DNA of 64,000 nucleotides from Syntrophorhabdaceae bacterium. Its GTDB lineage: Bacteria > Desulfobacterota > Deferrimicrobia > Deferrimicrobiales > Deferrimicrobiaceae. The notes under the pieces were generated by a model. That model had not been told where the DNA came from. It worked only from the letters and a program-made list of their open reading frames with translations, and did not search any database. This document shows positions 1 through 8,444 of this stretch, piece after piece. Position numbers and translations under genes: made by a program. How positions within the stretch are numbered: position 1 is the first letter of the stretch; each line of letters begins with the position of its first letter. The stretch is taken from NCBI GenBank assembly GCA_009783195.1, contig WRHP01000002.1, positions 4,612 to 68,611 of the forward strand, in the 5' to 3' direction.

Positions 1-636
1 TCGTTCCACGACAAGATTGGTTTGACAGGTGTTGTACTCACAAAGATGGACGGCGATGCCCGAGGCGGCGCGGCTCTTTCCATAAAGGCGGTGACCGGCG
101 CGCCGGTCAAGCTGGTTGGCGTGGGCGAGAAACTCGATGCGCTGGAACTGTTCCATCCGGACCGTATGGCCTCCCGCATACTGGGAATGGGCGATATCCT
201 CACCTTCGCCGAGAAGGCGCAGGAGCAGGTTGACGAAAAGCAGGCAAGAGAGCTGGCGAAGAAGTTGCGCCGCAACGAGTTCACCCTCGAGGATTTCCGC
301 GACCAGCTTTTAAAGCTGCGTAAAATGGGATCGGTCGAGGATCTGCTCGGAATGATCCCCGGTATCGGCGGGAAGATGAAAGAGTTGAAGGGGATGGCTC
401 CCGACGAGACGGAGCTCAAAAAAACGGTGGCGATCATCGACTCCATGACGGTCAAGGAGCGCCGCAACGCCAAGCTGTTGAACGGCAGCCGCCGTAAAAG
501 GATCGCCGCTGGAAGCGGCACCACGGTGCAGGATGTAAACCGCCTGATGAAAAACTTTCAGCAGGCGGAGGAGATGATAAAGCGGATGACAAAAGGCGGC
601 AAAGGGATGGGAAGGAACTTCCCCTTTTTCCGCTGA
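1..636 (+). CDS. ffh: Signal recognition particle protein Ffh, C-terminal part (5' end lies outside the window)
   Basis: Frame 1 is open from base 1. The translation ...LTGVVLTKMDGDARGGAALSIKAVTGAPVKLVGVGEKLDALELFHPDRMASRILGMGD is the end of the SRP54 GTPase domain. It is followed by a Met-rich M domain (GMIPGIGGKMKELKGM, MKNFQQAEEMIKRM). The ffh-rpsP-rimM-trmD-rplS synteny supports the call. Confidence 0.95.
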   Translation, partial: SFHDKIGLTGVVLTKMDGDARGGAALSIKAVTGAPVKLVGVGEKLDALELFHPDRMASRILGMGDILTFAEKAQEQVDEKQARELAKKLRRNEFTLEDFRDQLLKLRKMGSVEDLLGMIPGIGGKMKELKGMAPDETELKKTVAIIDSMTVKERRNAKLLNGSRRKRIAAGSGTTVQDVNRLMKNFQQAEEMIKRMTKGGKGMGRNFPFFR

Positions 637-689
637 TGGTTGTGGTACTGTAGCGTTATTCCATTACGTTTAGGCAGGAGGAACGGTTC

Positions 690-968
690 ATGGCGGTAAA
701 GATCCGGTTGTCGCGGACGGGGCGCAAGAAAATGTCCTACTACCGTGTCGTGGTCGCGGATTCCCAGTCGCCCCGGGACGGGCGGTGCATCGCGTATGTA
801 GGCACTTACGCTCCACGCGAAAATCCGGCAAAGATTGTGATCAACGACGAAGTCACCCTGAAATGGCTCTCCAGGGGCGCGCAGCCCACGGAAACGGTGA
901 AGAGCCTGCTGAAAAAGAGCGGCACGTGGAAGAAATTCCAGGAGTCGAAAACCGCCTCTCCGGCCTGA
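690..968 (+). CDS. rpsP: 30S ribosomal protein S16
   Basis: 92-aa ORF with the classic S16 N-terminus [25 protein letters not shown]. An AGGAGGA SD lies 7 nt upstream of the ATG. Confidence 0.97.
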   Translation: MAVKIRLSRTGRKKMSYYRVVVADSQSPRDGRCIAYVGTYAPRENPAKIVINDEVTLKWLSRGAQPTETVKSLLKKSGTWKKFQESKTASPA

Positions 969-973
969 ATCTT

Positions 974-1465
974 TTGGAAGTGGGCCGGGTAACCGGCCCG
1001 CACGGGCTTCGCGGCGAAATCCGGGTGCGGATGCATTCGGGCGACGCGAGCGGGGTTTTGCAGGTTCGGCGGGTGTGGCTTTCAGGACAAGCCTTCGAGC
1101 GGGAATATGAGGTGGTCGGGGCGCGGCAAGCCGGCGGCTGCGCTCTTTTTTTATTGGAAGGGATTCGTGCGCTGGACGAGGCGGAGAGCCTTGCCGGCGC
1201 GCGCGTATTTGTGCTTCGCGATGACCTCCCTAAGCTTCCTGAAGACGAATTCTACTGGGCCGATGCGGCCGGATGCTCGATAATAAGCGAGTCGGGCGAG
1301 ATCCTTGGTGAGGTGACCGGCGTTGCGCCGGGAGCGGCTCATGATTGGCTTGTCGTTACCCGGAAGGACGGAGGGGAGGCGTACCTGCCTGTGGTGGCGG
1401 CTTTCCTGCGAAAAGTCGATATCCCCGCCCGCCTAATCATTGCTTCTCCCCCCGATGGATGGTAA
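974..1465 (+). CDS. rimM: 16S rRNA processing protein RimM
   Basis: Translation LLEVGRVTGPHGLRGEIRVRMHS...DEFYWADAAGCSII...GEVTGV..HDWLVV..GGEAYLPVV matches the RimM/PRC-barrel family. The track start at 785 lies inside rpsP. I place the start at TTG 974; CTG 965 and GTG 980 are alternatives. Confidence 0.85.
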   Translation: MEVGRVTGPHGLRGEIRVRMHSGDASGVLQVRRVWLSGQAFEREYEVVGARQAGGCALFLLEGIRALDEAESLAGARVFVLRDDLPKLPEDEFYWADAAGCSIISESGEILGEVTGVAPGAAHDWLVVTRKDGGEAYLPVVAAFLRKVDIPARLIIASPPDGW

Positions 1466-1577
1466 TCGGAAAGAGCGGTAAATGCTTGCATGGGTGATGC
1501 AGCCACGGCCTTATCGCGGCTGACCGGCCAATGGATGGCGGCAACAGCCATTTCACTTTTTCAGAATATGCGGGCAC

Positions 1578-2315
1578 TTGAACCAAAAACGCTCTAAACC
1601 CTTTCAAGCCGGAGAGGATACATCTTTGCGGATCGATGTTCTGACGCTGTTCCCAGGGATGTTTGAGGGACCGCTTTCCCACAGCATTTTGGCGAAGGCG
1701 CGGGAAGCCGGGCTTCTTGCGGTCGAGGTCCACGACCTGCGGCGGTACGCGGAAGGAAAGCATCGGATTACCGATGAGCCTCCATTTGGCGGCGGCGGGG
1801 GAATGGTGATGAAACCGGAGCCGATCTTTGCCGGGGTCGAGGCGCTGGCGGAAAATTTCGGGCCGGGCAAGGTTATCCTTCTTTCTCCCGCGGGAAAATG
1901 TTTTTCCTCCGATATCGCAAAGCGGCTTGCGAGCGAAGAGCGCCTGGTTCTTATTTGCGGCAGATACGAGGGGGTTGATCAGCGAGTGGCCGATTACCTT
2001 GCTGACGAGGAGATCTCCATTGGCGATTACGTCCTGTCCGGCGGAGAGCTACCTGCGATGGTGTTGATAGATGCGGTTGCCCGCTTTTTGCCGGGGGTGC
2101 TCGGCGATCCGGAGGCACCCCACAAAGACTCATTTTCCGAAGGGGTGCTCGAAGCGCCTCATTATACCCGCCCGCGAGTGTTCCGTGGGTGGGCGGTTCC
2201 CGATGTGTTGCTGTCCGGCGACCACGGCGCGGTGGATGCGTGGCGCAGGGAAGAGGGAAAGCGGCGGACCTTGCTCGCCAGACCGGACCTGGCCAAAGAG
2301 GAAGAAGAGGAATAA
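1578..2315 (+). CDS. trmD: tRNA (guanine37-N1)-methyltransferase TrmD
   Basis: [23 protein letters not shown]...[32 protein letters not shown]...[13 protein letters not shown] is diagnostic for TrmD. TTG start at 1578. Confidence 0.95.
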   Translation: MNQKRSKPFQAGEDTSLRIDVLTLFPGMFEGPLSHSILAKAREAGLLAVEVHDLRRYAEGKHRITDEPPFGGGGGMVMKPEPIFAGVEALAENFGPGKVILLSPAGKCFSSDIAKRLASEERLVLICGRYEGVDQRVADYLADEEISIGDYVLSGGELPAMVLIDAVARFLPGVLGDPEAPHKDSFSEGVLEAPHYTRPRVFRGWAVPDVLLSGDHGAVDAWRREEGKRRTLLARPDLAKEEEEE

Positions 2316-2554
2316 AAACAATGGTTTATCTGTGTGAAGTTTGCTTTGTCTTGTGAATGGTTATCTTGAAGCATGTGTATTGTTATGTAAGTGATATATC
2401 AAGAAAATATAAGGTTTATTAGCGGCGCTTTTTGTCTGCGCCAGATGTTTAGTTGGGCGGGTGTACTCGAAAGAATATTCTGATGCGCATAGGGAATGCC
2501 TGTGAAATATCCGGGTTAGGTGGCACGCTGGTGTATCATTTATAGGGGCTGGAC

Positions 2555-2767
2555 ATGCCGACAGTAAACCCGAGAATCAATATCACCGTACCAATTGAAG
2601 TTGCCGCCTTGTTGCGCAAGAGGGCTCGGCGCCTGAATGAACCGATGTCTAAAACTGCCTTGAAAATGATTCTGGATGCCATGGAAGCGGACGATTTTGC
2701 CGGACTCGGCGACAATCGTTTGTCCGAGGCAAAAGAATGGTTACCGCATGAAGAGGTTTGGGAGTAA
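2555..2767 (+). CDS. Type II antitoxin, ribbon-helix-helix-like (RelB/CopG-type)
   Basis: 70-aa ORF. RINITVPIEVAALLRKRARRLNEPMSKTALKMILDAME has a beta-strand/helix/helix RHH pattern. It sits immediately upstream of, and abuts, a RelE/ParE-like ORF. The region is AT-richer than its flanks. Confidence 0.7.
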   Translation: MPTVNPRINITVPIEVAALLRKRARRLNEPMSKTALKMILDAMEADDFAGLGDNRLSEAKEWLPHEEVWE

Positions 2768-3028
2768 GTGTATACAATCGTTTACGCTCCTAAAGTCCTC
2801 AGCGAGGACATTCCGGCATTGTCTGCCGTGGAAAAAGCCCGAATCAAGCAGGCGATAGAGGAGCGCCTGACCGTTAATCTTCTTAAAATAGGAAAGCCGC
2901 TCAGGTATTCCCTGAAAGGTTTAAAGCATCAGAGGGTCGGAAGAGATTTGCGGATTGTCTATCTGATAGAAAGAGAACAGGTAAAAATTGTCAAAATTGG
3001 TTATCGTTGCGAAATTTATGAAGATTAG
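2768..3028 (+). CDS. Type II toxin, RelE/ParE family
   Basis: 86-aa ORF with a GTG start directly after the antitoxin TAA. MYTIVYAPKVLSEDIPALSAVEKARIKQAIEERL...GKPLRYSLKGLKHQRVGRDLRIVYLIEREQVKIVKIGYR has the typical RelE/ParE architecture, including the R.G.YRI.Y-like core. Confidence 0.75.
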   Translation: MYTIVYAPKVLSEDIPALSAVEKARIKQAIEERLTVNLLKIGKPLRYSLKGLKHQRVGRDLRIVYLIEREQVKIVKIGYRCEIYED

Positions 3029-3140
3029 CCGGATGAGGTCTTGCGCTTAAGGTCCGCCATGCTGGCCGGAATCCGGTTTTTCCGCGAGCCGGTTTAAGAA
3101 TGTGTTTTAGATGCCGAATGTATTGAACCGATACAATGAA

Positions 3141-3169
3141 TTGACAGACAAGCGGTTGGTGTAATAAAT
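3141..3169 (+). promoter_or_regulatory. Candidate sigma70-type promoter upstream of rplS
   Basis: TTGACA (3141-3146), a 17-nt spacer, then ATAAAT (3164-3169), about 65 nt upstream of the rplS ATG. Sequence pattern only. Confidence 0.35.
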
Positions 3170-3233
3170 TATAGGGCTTGTTCGATGTAGGCAAACCGCC
3201 TGGAAACTATAAATAAAGGATAAGGATACGGCC

Positions 3234-3770
3234 ATGACGCTCCTTCAGGATGTAGAGGCATCACAACTGCGCAAGGACCTCCCCAAGTTCAACGTGGGTG
3301 ACACCGTCCGGGTCTTCTCGCGGATCAAGGAAGGCGAGAAGGAGCGCGTCCAATACTTCGAAGGGATCGTCATTGGTTTCCACCGCAATGGCGTCGCGAC
3401 CACCTTCAAGGTTCGCAAGGAGTCATACGGTGTTGGCGTTGAGCGCACCTACCCGATCCACTCCCCGCTCATCGAGAAGATCGAGGTGAAAAAGCGCGGA
3501 GATGTTCGTCGCGCCAAGCTGTTCTACCTGCGCGGAGTGTCCGGCAAGAAGGCCCGCATTCGCGAGAAGAGGGACTGGCTCTCCAAGAAAGGTGTTGTTG
3601 TTCCCTCGGAAGGTGTTGCGGCGAATATAGCCGAGGAAGTTATGGTCGAAGAAACCGCGACTGTGGAATCCCCGGCTGTGGAATCACAGGTTGCGGAATC
3701 TCAAGCTGTGGAGTCTCAGGCTACGGAACCTCAAGCTGTGGAATCTCCGGAGCAGACCACACAGGAATAG
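3234..3770 (+). CDS. rplS: 50S ribosomal protein L19 with an acidic repeat C-terminal extension
   Basis: [38 protein letters not shown]...[43 protein letters not shown] is canonical L19. The ORF then continues to 178 aa, ending in (A/T)VESQ/P pentapeptide repeats. Confidence 0.95.
   Translation: MTLLQDVEASQLRKDLPKFNVGDTVRVFSRIKEGEKERVQYFEGIVIGFHRNGVATTFKVRKESYGVGVERTYPIHSPLIEKIEVKKRGDVRRAKLFYLRGVSGKKARIREKRDWLSKKGVVVPSEGVAANIAEEVMVEETATVESPAVESQVAESQAVESQATEPQAVESPEQTTQE
3660..3749 (+). repeat. Six tandem 15-bp in-frame repeats (consensus gctgtggaatctcag, encoding AVESQ-like units) at the 3' end of rplS
   Basis: The units read directly as [30 protein letters not shown]. The 15-nt period keeps the rplS frame. 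Confidence 0.9.
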
Positions 3771-3801
3771 CGCCGCTTTCGGTTGCTTTGCCGTAACGCG
3801 A

Positions 3802-4410
3802 ATGGAAGATCTGGAATCAGTTGTGCGCGGCAGAGGGTTTTTGGCCCCGGCGGGCGTTGATGAGGCCGGCAGGGGCCCGCTGGCGGGGCCGGTGGTGGCG
3901 GCGGCCGTTATTCTGCCTTCGGATTACGGCAACTCTCTTATTCGTGACTCCAAAAAGTTAAGTCCCGCCCGGCGCGAACGCGCTTTTTCCGTGATACGCG
4001 ACGATGCCGTATCTTTCGCGGTCGCTTTTGCTTCCCCTGAAGAGATAGACAAAATCAACATCCTGCAAGCCTCGCTGCTTGCCATGCGGCGCGCTGTGGA
4101 AGCGCTTTCCTCTCCGCCTGATTTTCTGTTTGTGGATGGCAACCACAGGATTCCATGTGGGCGAAGCATCCTTTGCGGGCTGTTCCAGGAGCCTCTGATC
4201 GGCGGTGACGACCGGTGTCTTTCCGTCGCGGCGGCGTCCATATTGGCGAAGGTGACGCGGGACCGGATCATGGCGGAGCTTGATCTGGAATATCCGGAGT
4301 ATGGGTTTGCCGGCCATAAAGGATATCCGACGTCTAAACATTTTGAGGCGATCCGCCGGTTTGGTCCCTGCCCGATACACCGACGCACGTTCAAAGGAGT
4401 CTTTCCATGA
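3802..4410 (+). CDS. rnhB: Ribonuclease HII
   Basis: GVDEAGRGPLAGPVVAAAVIL...RDSKKLS...INILQASLLAMRRAV...LFVDGN...SVAAASILAKVTRD...YPEYGFAGHKGYPT.H matches the RNase HII catalytic motifs. I place the start at ATG 3802, because the track start at 3691 runs through the rplS repeats in another frame. Confidence 0.93.
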   Translation: MEDLESVVRGRGFLAPAGVDEAGRGPLAGPVVAAAVILPSDYGNSLIRDSKKLSPARRERAFSVIRDDAVSFAVAFASPEEIDKINILQASLLAMRRAVEALSSPPDFLFVDGNHRIPCGRSILCGLFQEPLIGGDDRCLSVAAASILAKVTRDRIMAELDLEYPEYGFAGHKGYPTSKHFEAIRRFGPCPIHRRTFKGVFP

Positions 4411-4799
4411 CTTTTTCGCCGCGTGAGCGGTTAGAGGCCGGACTTGCGGCGGAGGAGCGCGCGTGCCGCTACCTGGAGGCGGAAGGTTTCTCGATCGTTG
4501 AAAGGAACCACCGGTCGCGCACTGGCGAGATCGATATAGTTGCCCGGAAAGAAGGGCTTCTTCTGTTTGCGGAAGTGCGGTTTCGCGGCGATGTCGCTTT
4601 TGGCTCACCCGAGGATACGGTAAACCTTAAAAAGAGGCTTCGCGTGGTTACGGCCGCCCGGCATTACCTGGCGGATGCCGCGCTTTCCGTCTCGTGGGAC
4701 GAAGCCCGTTTCGACGTGATCGTGATCGAGGGAACCGGCGAAGACGCAACCTTGCGTCACTACCCGGCGGCGTTTGACGCCAAAGGCAAAGTTCTATAA
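4407..4799 (+). CDS. YraN family (UPF0102) endonuclease-like protein
   Basis: G..AEE.A..YL...GF.IVERN.R.R.GEIDIVA......LFAEVR.R pattern. ATGA overlap with the rnhB stop. The rnhB-yraN pairing is conserved. Confidence 0.88.
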   Translation: MTFSPRERLEAGLAAEERACRYLEAEGFSIVERNHRSRTGEIDIVARKEGLLLFAEVRFRGDVAFGSPEDTVNLKKRLRVVTAARHYLADAALSVSWDEARFDVIVIEGTGEDATLRHYPAAFDAKGKVL

Positions 4800-4816
4800 C
4801 GGCTTTGCAAGTAATA

Positions 4817-4847
4817 CCAGGTTGCGTTTAATCCGGCCGCAACCTGG
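4817..4847. terminator. Perfect 10-bp stem-loop between convergent yraN and pfk (possible bidirectional terminator)
   Basis: CCAGGTTGCG (4817-4826) and CGCAACCTGG (4838-4847) flank an 11-nt loop. No clear U-tract on either strand, so the terminator function is uncertain. Confidence 0.35.
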
Positions 4848-4856
4848 CATCAACCA

Positions 4857-5897
4857 TCACCCGAAGAAGTTTTTCGCAAGTTCGTAAAGCTTGGGGTCTA
4901 CCGTTTTGAGCTGCGAGGTGGCTTCCGAAAGCGGTACGGAGACGATCTTGTTCCCCGCCAGCGCGGCCATCTTGCCGAAGTCGCCCTGGTGGACCATCTC
5001 GGTGGCGTGGACCCCAAAGCGGGTAGCCAGCACGCGATCATGCGCTGTCGGAGTTCCGCCGCGCTGAATGTGCCCCAATACAACAAACCGCGTTTCATAC
5101 TTGGTCCGATGCTCGATCGCCTTCGCAAGCACTTGCGAAATTCCGCCTAGCCGGACATGGCCAAATTCATCTTGCCGCCGTTCCTGCAGGATGAGTTTTC
5201 CCTCTTCTCCGGCCTTCTCGGAAAATTGCGCCCCTTCCGCCACGACGACGATCGAGAACAGCTTGCCGCGGCTGTGGCGGCGCAGGATCAGGTCGCAGAC
5301 CTCGTCCAGGTCGATGGGGATTTCCGGGATAAGGATGACATCGGCGCCCCCGGCGATGCCGGAATAAGCGGCGATCCATCCGGCGTGGCGTCCCATGACC
5401 TCGACTACCATAACTCTGTTATGGGATTCTGCTGTGGTGTGAATGCGGTCGATGGCCTCGGTGGCGATGGAGACCGCGGTGTCGAAGCCGAAGGTGAAGT
5501 CGGTGCCGTAAAGGTCGTTGTCGATCGTTTTGGGGACTCCCACCACCGGGAGGCCCATATCGTAAAACCGGGATGCCGCTCCGAGCGTGTCTTCGCCGCC
5601 GACGGCGATCAGGGCGTCGAGCCGAAGCAACCGGAAATTCTTCAGGACGCGATCTGCTCCATCCGGGCTTTTCAAGGGGTTGGTCCGGGAGGTGCCGATT
5701 ATTGTGCCACCCACATGGAGGATTCCGGAAACATCTTTTTGATCCAGGTCCATTGGCGACGGTTCCCAAAGTCCCTTCCAGCCGTTTCGCAGTCCAATGA
5801 CGCGGGAGTTTTGCGCTTCGGATGTGCGCACTATGGCGCGGATCACGGCGTTGAGGCCCGGACAATCGCCGCCGCCGGTTAATACGCCGATTTTCAT
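4857..5897 (-). CDS. pfk: 6-phosphofructokinase (family A; residues suggest possible PPi dependence)
   Basis: MKIGVLTGGGDCPGLNAVIRAIVR..., GGEDTLGAA and GVPKTIDNDL. Asp and Lys occupy the positions equivalent to E. coli PfkA Gly104/Gly124, the signature associated with PPi-PFKs. Confidence 0.93.
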   Translation of the reverse strand: MKIGVLTGGGDCPGLNAVIRAIVRTSEAQNSRVIGLRNGWKGLWEPSPMDLDQKDVSGILHVGGTIIGTSRTNPLKSPDGADRVLKNFRLLRLDALIAVGGEDTLGAASRFYDMGLPVVGVPKTIDNDLYGTDFTFGFDTAVSIATEAIDRIHTTAESHNRVMVVEVMGRHAGWIAAYSGIAGGADVILIPEIPIDLDEVCDLILRRHSRGKLFSIVVVAEGAQFSEKAGEEGKLILQERRQDEFGHVRLGGISQVLAKAIEHRTKYETRFVVLGHIQRGGTPTAHDRVLATRFGVHATEMVHQGDFGKMAALAGNKIVSVPLSEATSQLKTVDPKLYELAKNFFG

Positions 5898-6027
5898 GGT
5901 TTTATATCCTCCTGATGTTGAAGCTCTTGAAACATTATACAGAAGGAAACCGGGCGTAATTGAGAGGCAAGTACTCTTATGGTATTATTCTCGCTTTGCG
6001 CCTGTCCGATTTCTCGGGAGAAATAAG

Positions 6028-7800
6028 GTGTCCAGCGCGGCAGATAAACAAAAAGTCTGTTTTCTATCCGGAAATGAAGCGGTTGCCCGTGGCGCTTTCG
6101 AGGCGGGGGCGCAAGTGGCGTCGGCTTATCCCGGCACTCCCAGCACGGAGATCCTGCAGGAATTTGCCCGCTACGAGGGAGTGTACGCCGAGTGGGCCCC
6201 AAACGAAAAAGTGGCCGTGGAGGTCGCAATCGGCGCTTCTATGGCGGGAACTCGCGCAATGGCCGTCATGAAGCATGTCGGCGTGAATGTGGCGGCCGAT
6301 CCGATCTTTACCGCCTCCTACACCGGCGTCGGGGGTGGTCTGGTCATCGTTACGGCGGATGATCCGGAGCTTCATTCTTCCCAAAATGAACAGGACAGCC
6401 GCCATTACTCACTTGCGGCTAAAATTCCCATGCTCGAGCCGTCTGATTCCGCGGAGGCGAAGAAATACACCCGGCTGGCGTTTGAGCTTTCGGAAAAATT
6501 CGATACGCCGTTTTTTTTGAGGAGCACTACCCGGATTTCCCACGTCAAAAGCGTTGTTTGCTTAGAGGAGCCGTCCGGTCCGGCAAGGCCAAAGGAATTC
6601 CGGCGCGATCCGGCGAAATGGGTGATGCTTCCGGTCAACGCGAAGCGCCGCCATGCCCTGGTTGAGGAGCGGACAAACGCGCTGCGGGAATTTGCCGAAA
6701 CCTTCGCGGAAAACCGGATCGAATGGGGCGACAGATCGCTTGGAATAATTACGGCCGGCGTTTCCTATCAGTATGTGAAAGAGGCGTTTCCCGATGCGTC
6801 GGTTTTGAAACTTGGGATGGCGTATCCGTTGCCTGAGCGGCTGATTCGGGAATTTGCTTCGGGAGTATCCCGCGTCGTGGTTGTGGAAGAGCTTGATCCA
6901 TACATAGAGACGCATGTTCGCGCGCTGGGAATCGCCACGGAAGGCAAGGACCGGATTCCAATCCTCGGAGAGCTTGATCCGCGCGCGGTGCGGCAGGCGA
7001 TCACGGGCGAAGCGCCGCCGTTGCGCGCCGCGGAACTTCTTCCCCCCCGGCCTCCGAATATGTGTCCCGGTTGCCCCCATAGAGGATTTTTTGCCGCCTT
7101 GAAGAAGCTGGACGCGGTTGTGACAGGAGATATCGGCTGCTATACCCTGGCCGCGCTGCCTCCGCTTCAATCAATGGATCTGTGCGTCTGCATGGGCGCT
7201 TCCATCGGGGCGGCTCACGGCTTCGAGAAAGCGCTCGGAGGCGAGGGATGCGGAAAGGCCGTGGCTGTAATTGGCGAATCCACATTTTTGCACTCCGGCG
7301 TCACCGGATTGATGAACATCGTCTACAATCGCGGGCGCGGAACCGTAGCTTTGCTTGATAACGGCACGACCGCAATGACCGGGGCGCAGGAGAACCCCTC
7401 CACGGGGCGGACGCTGCTTAAAGAAGCAACCCGCAAGCTCGACCTCAAGGCGCTGTGCGAGGCGCTTGGCGTGGAGCATGTTTACGTCGTCAATCCTCAC
7501 GACATCAAGGAGACCGAGGCTATTCTTCGGCGCGAAATAGCCCGGCCGGAGCCGTCGGTTATCATCTCGCGGGCGCCGTGCGTCCTGCTGGCCGAACACC
7601 GTAAAAGCAGGAAAGACCGGCCTGTTTATGAAGTCGCGCCGGATTTGTGCGTGGGGTGCAAGGTGTGCGCCCGGTTTGGATGCCCCGCCATCGGGTTTGT
7701 GGAAGACAAGGCCCGGATCAACGCTTTGATGTGTGACGGATGCAACCAGTGCCCTCCGCTGTGCAAGGCGCGGGCGATAGTAGAGAAGGCGAATGTTTAA
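6028..7800 (+). CDS. iorA: Indolepyruvate:ferredoxin oxidoreductase, alpha subunit
   Basis: FLSGNEAVARGAFEAGAQVASAYPGTPSTEIL...MKHVGVNVAADP...IVTADDPELHSSQNEQDSRHY, a TPP-binding GDIGCYTL, and C-terminal 2x[4Fe-4S] motifs (CVGCKVCA..GCP; CDGCNQCPPLC). I place the start at GTG 6028 with a GGGAG SD, because the track start at 5797 overlaps pfk. Confidence 0.92.
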   Translation: MSSAADKQKVCFLSGNEAVARGAFEAGAQVASAYPGTPSTEILQEFARYEGVYAEWAPNEKVAVEVAIGASMAGTRAMAVMKHVGVNVAADPIFTASYTGVGGGLVIVTADDPELHSSQNEQDSRHYSLAAKIPMLEPSDSAEAKKYTRLAFELSEKFDTPFFLRSTTRISHVKSVVCLEEPSGPARPKEFRRDPAKWVMLPVNAKRRHALVEERTNALREFAETFAENRIEWGDRSLGIITAGVSYQYVKEAFPDASVLKLGMAYPLPERLIREFASGVSRVVVVEELDPYIETHVRALGIATEGKDRIPILGELDPRAVRQAITGEAPPLRAAELLPPRPPNMCPGCPHRGFFAALKKLDAVVTGDIGCYTLAALPPLQSMDLCVCMGASIGAAHGFEKALGGEGCGKAVAVIGESTFLHSGVTGLMNIVYNRGRGTVALLDNGTTAMTGAQENPSTGRTLLKEATRKLDLKALCEALGVEHVYVVNPHDIKETEAILRREIARPEPSVIISRAPCVLLAEHRKSRKDRPVYEVAPDLCVGCKVCARFGCPAIGFVEDKARINALMCDGCNQCPPLCKARAIVEKANV

Positions 7801-7821
7801 TATGCCGCCGGAGGAAAAGCC

Positions 7822-8415
7822 GTGACGCTGCCGCGCGGAGATATATTCATGGCGGGCGTGGGAGGCCAGGGGGCGCTTCTGGCTTCCGAGGTTTTGGGCG
7901 AGGCGTTTCTTTCGCTTGGGTTTGATGTCAAGAAAAGCGAGGTCCACGGCATGGCGCAGCGGGGCGGGGCGGTGACCACTCATCTGCGCTTCGGGCCGAA
8001 GGTGTACTCGCCGCTGATAGAGCCGGGGAAGGCGGATATCCTGATCGCGTTCGAGAAGATCGAAGGGTTGCGATTTGCCCATTACCTGCGGCCCGGCGGA
8101 ATCCTGCTGGTGAACACACAGGAGATAAGCCCTCCTTCCGTGGCGACGGGAAAGGAGCTGTATCCGGCTGATGCCGTTGAACGGCTTAAAGCGGTGACGG
8201 ATCGCCTGTACCTGGTGGACGCGCTTTCGGCTGCGCTTTCTTTGAAGGAAGTTCGAGCGGTAAACGTGGTGATGATCGGCGCCGGGTCAATGCTTCTCAA
8301 ACTGCCGGAAGATGCTTGCGAGTTGGCGCTTAAGAAGGTTTTCCCGGAGCGCGTGCTGGACGTGAACATAAAGGCGTTTCGCGCGGGACGCGCGTTGCTG
8401 TCGCCAGACGCGTGA
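7822..8415 (+). CDS. iorB: Indolepyruvate:ferredoxin oxidoreductase, beta subunit
   Basis: [20 protein letters not shown]...[25 protein letters not shown] is the IorB/2-oxoacid oxidoreductase gamma-type fold. It lies directly after iorA. Confidence 0.9.
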   Translation: MTLPRGDIFMAGVGGQGALLASEVLGEAFLSLGFDVKKSEVHGMAQRGGAVTTHLRFGPKVYSPLIEPGKADILIAFEKIEGLRFAHYLRPGGILLVNTQEISPPSVATGKELYPADAVERLKAVTDRLYLVDALSAALSLKEVRAVNVVMIGAGSMLLKLPEDACELALKKVFPERVLDVNIKAFRAGRALLSPDA

Positions 8416-8444
8416 GATTGAAGGATAGACAACAGGAGAGGTTG

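Noticed and set aside
3660-3749. Short tandem repeats considered as a mini CRISPR array or a non-coding VNTR
   Set aside because: The 15-nt units are contiguous with no spacers, stay in the rplS frame and encode a coherent acidic pentapeptide repeat. They are reported instead as a coding repeat.
3691-3801. N-terminal extension of rnhB given by the ORF track (start 3691)
   Set aside because: The extension is the rplS repeat region read in another frame ([17 protein letters not shown]...). RNase HII homology begins after ATG 3802.
5797-6027. N-terminal extension of iorA (track start 5797)
   Set aside because: It overlaps the 5' end of the divergent pfk gene. IorA homology starts near GTG 6028, which has a GGGAG SD.
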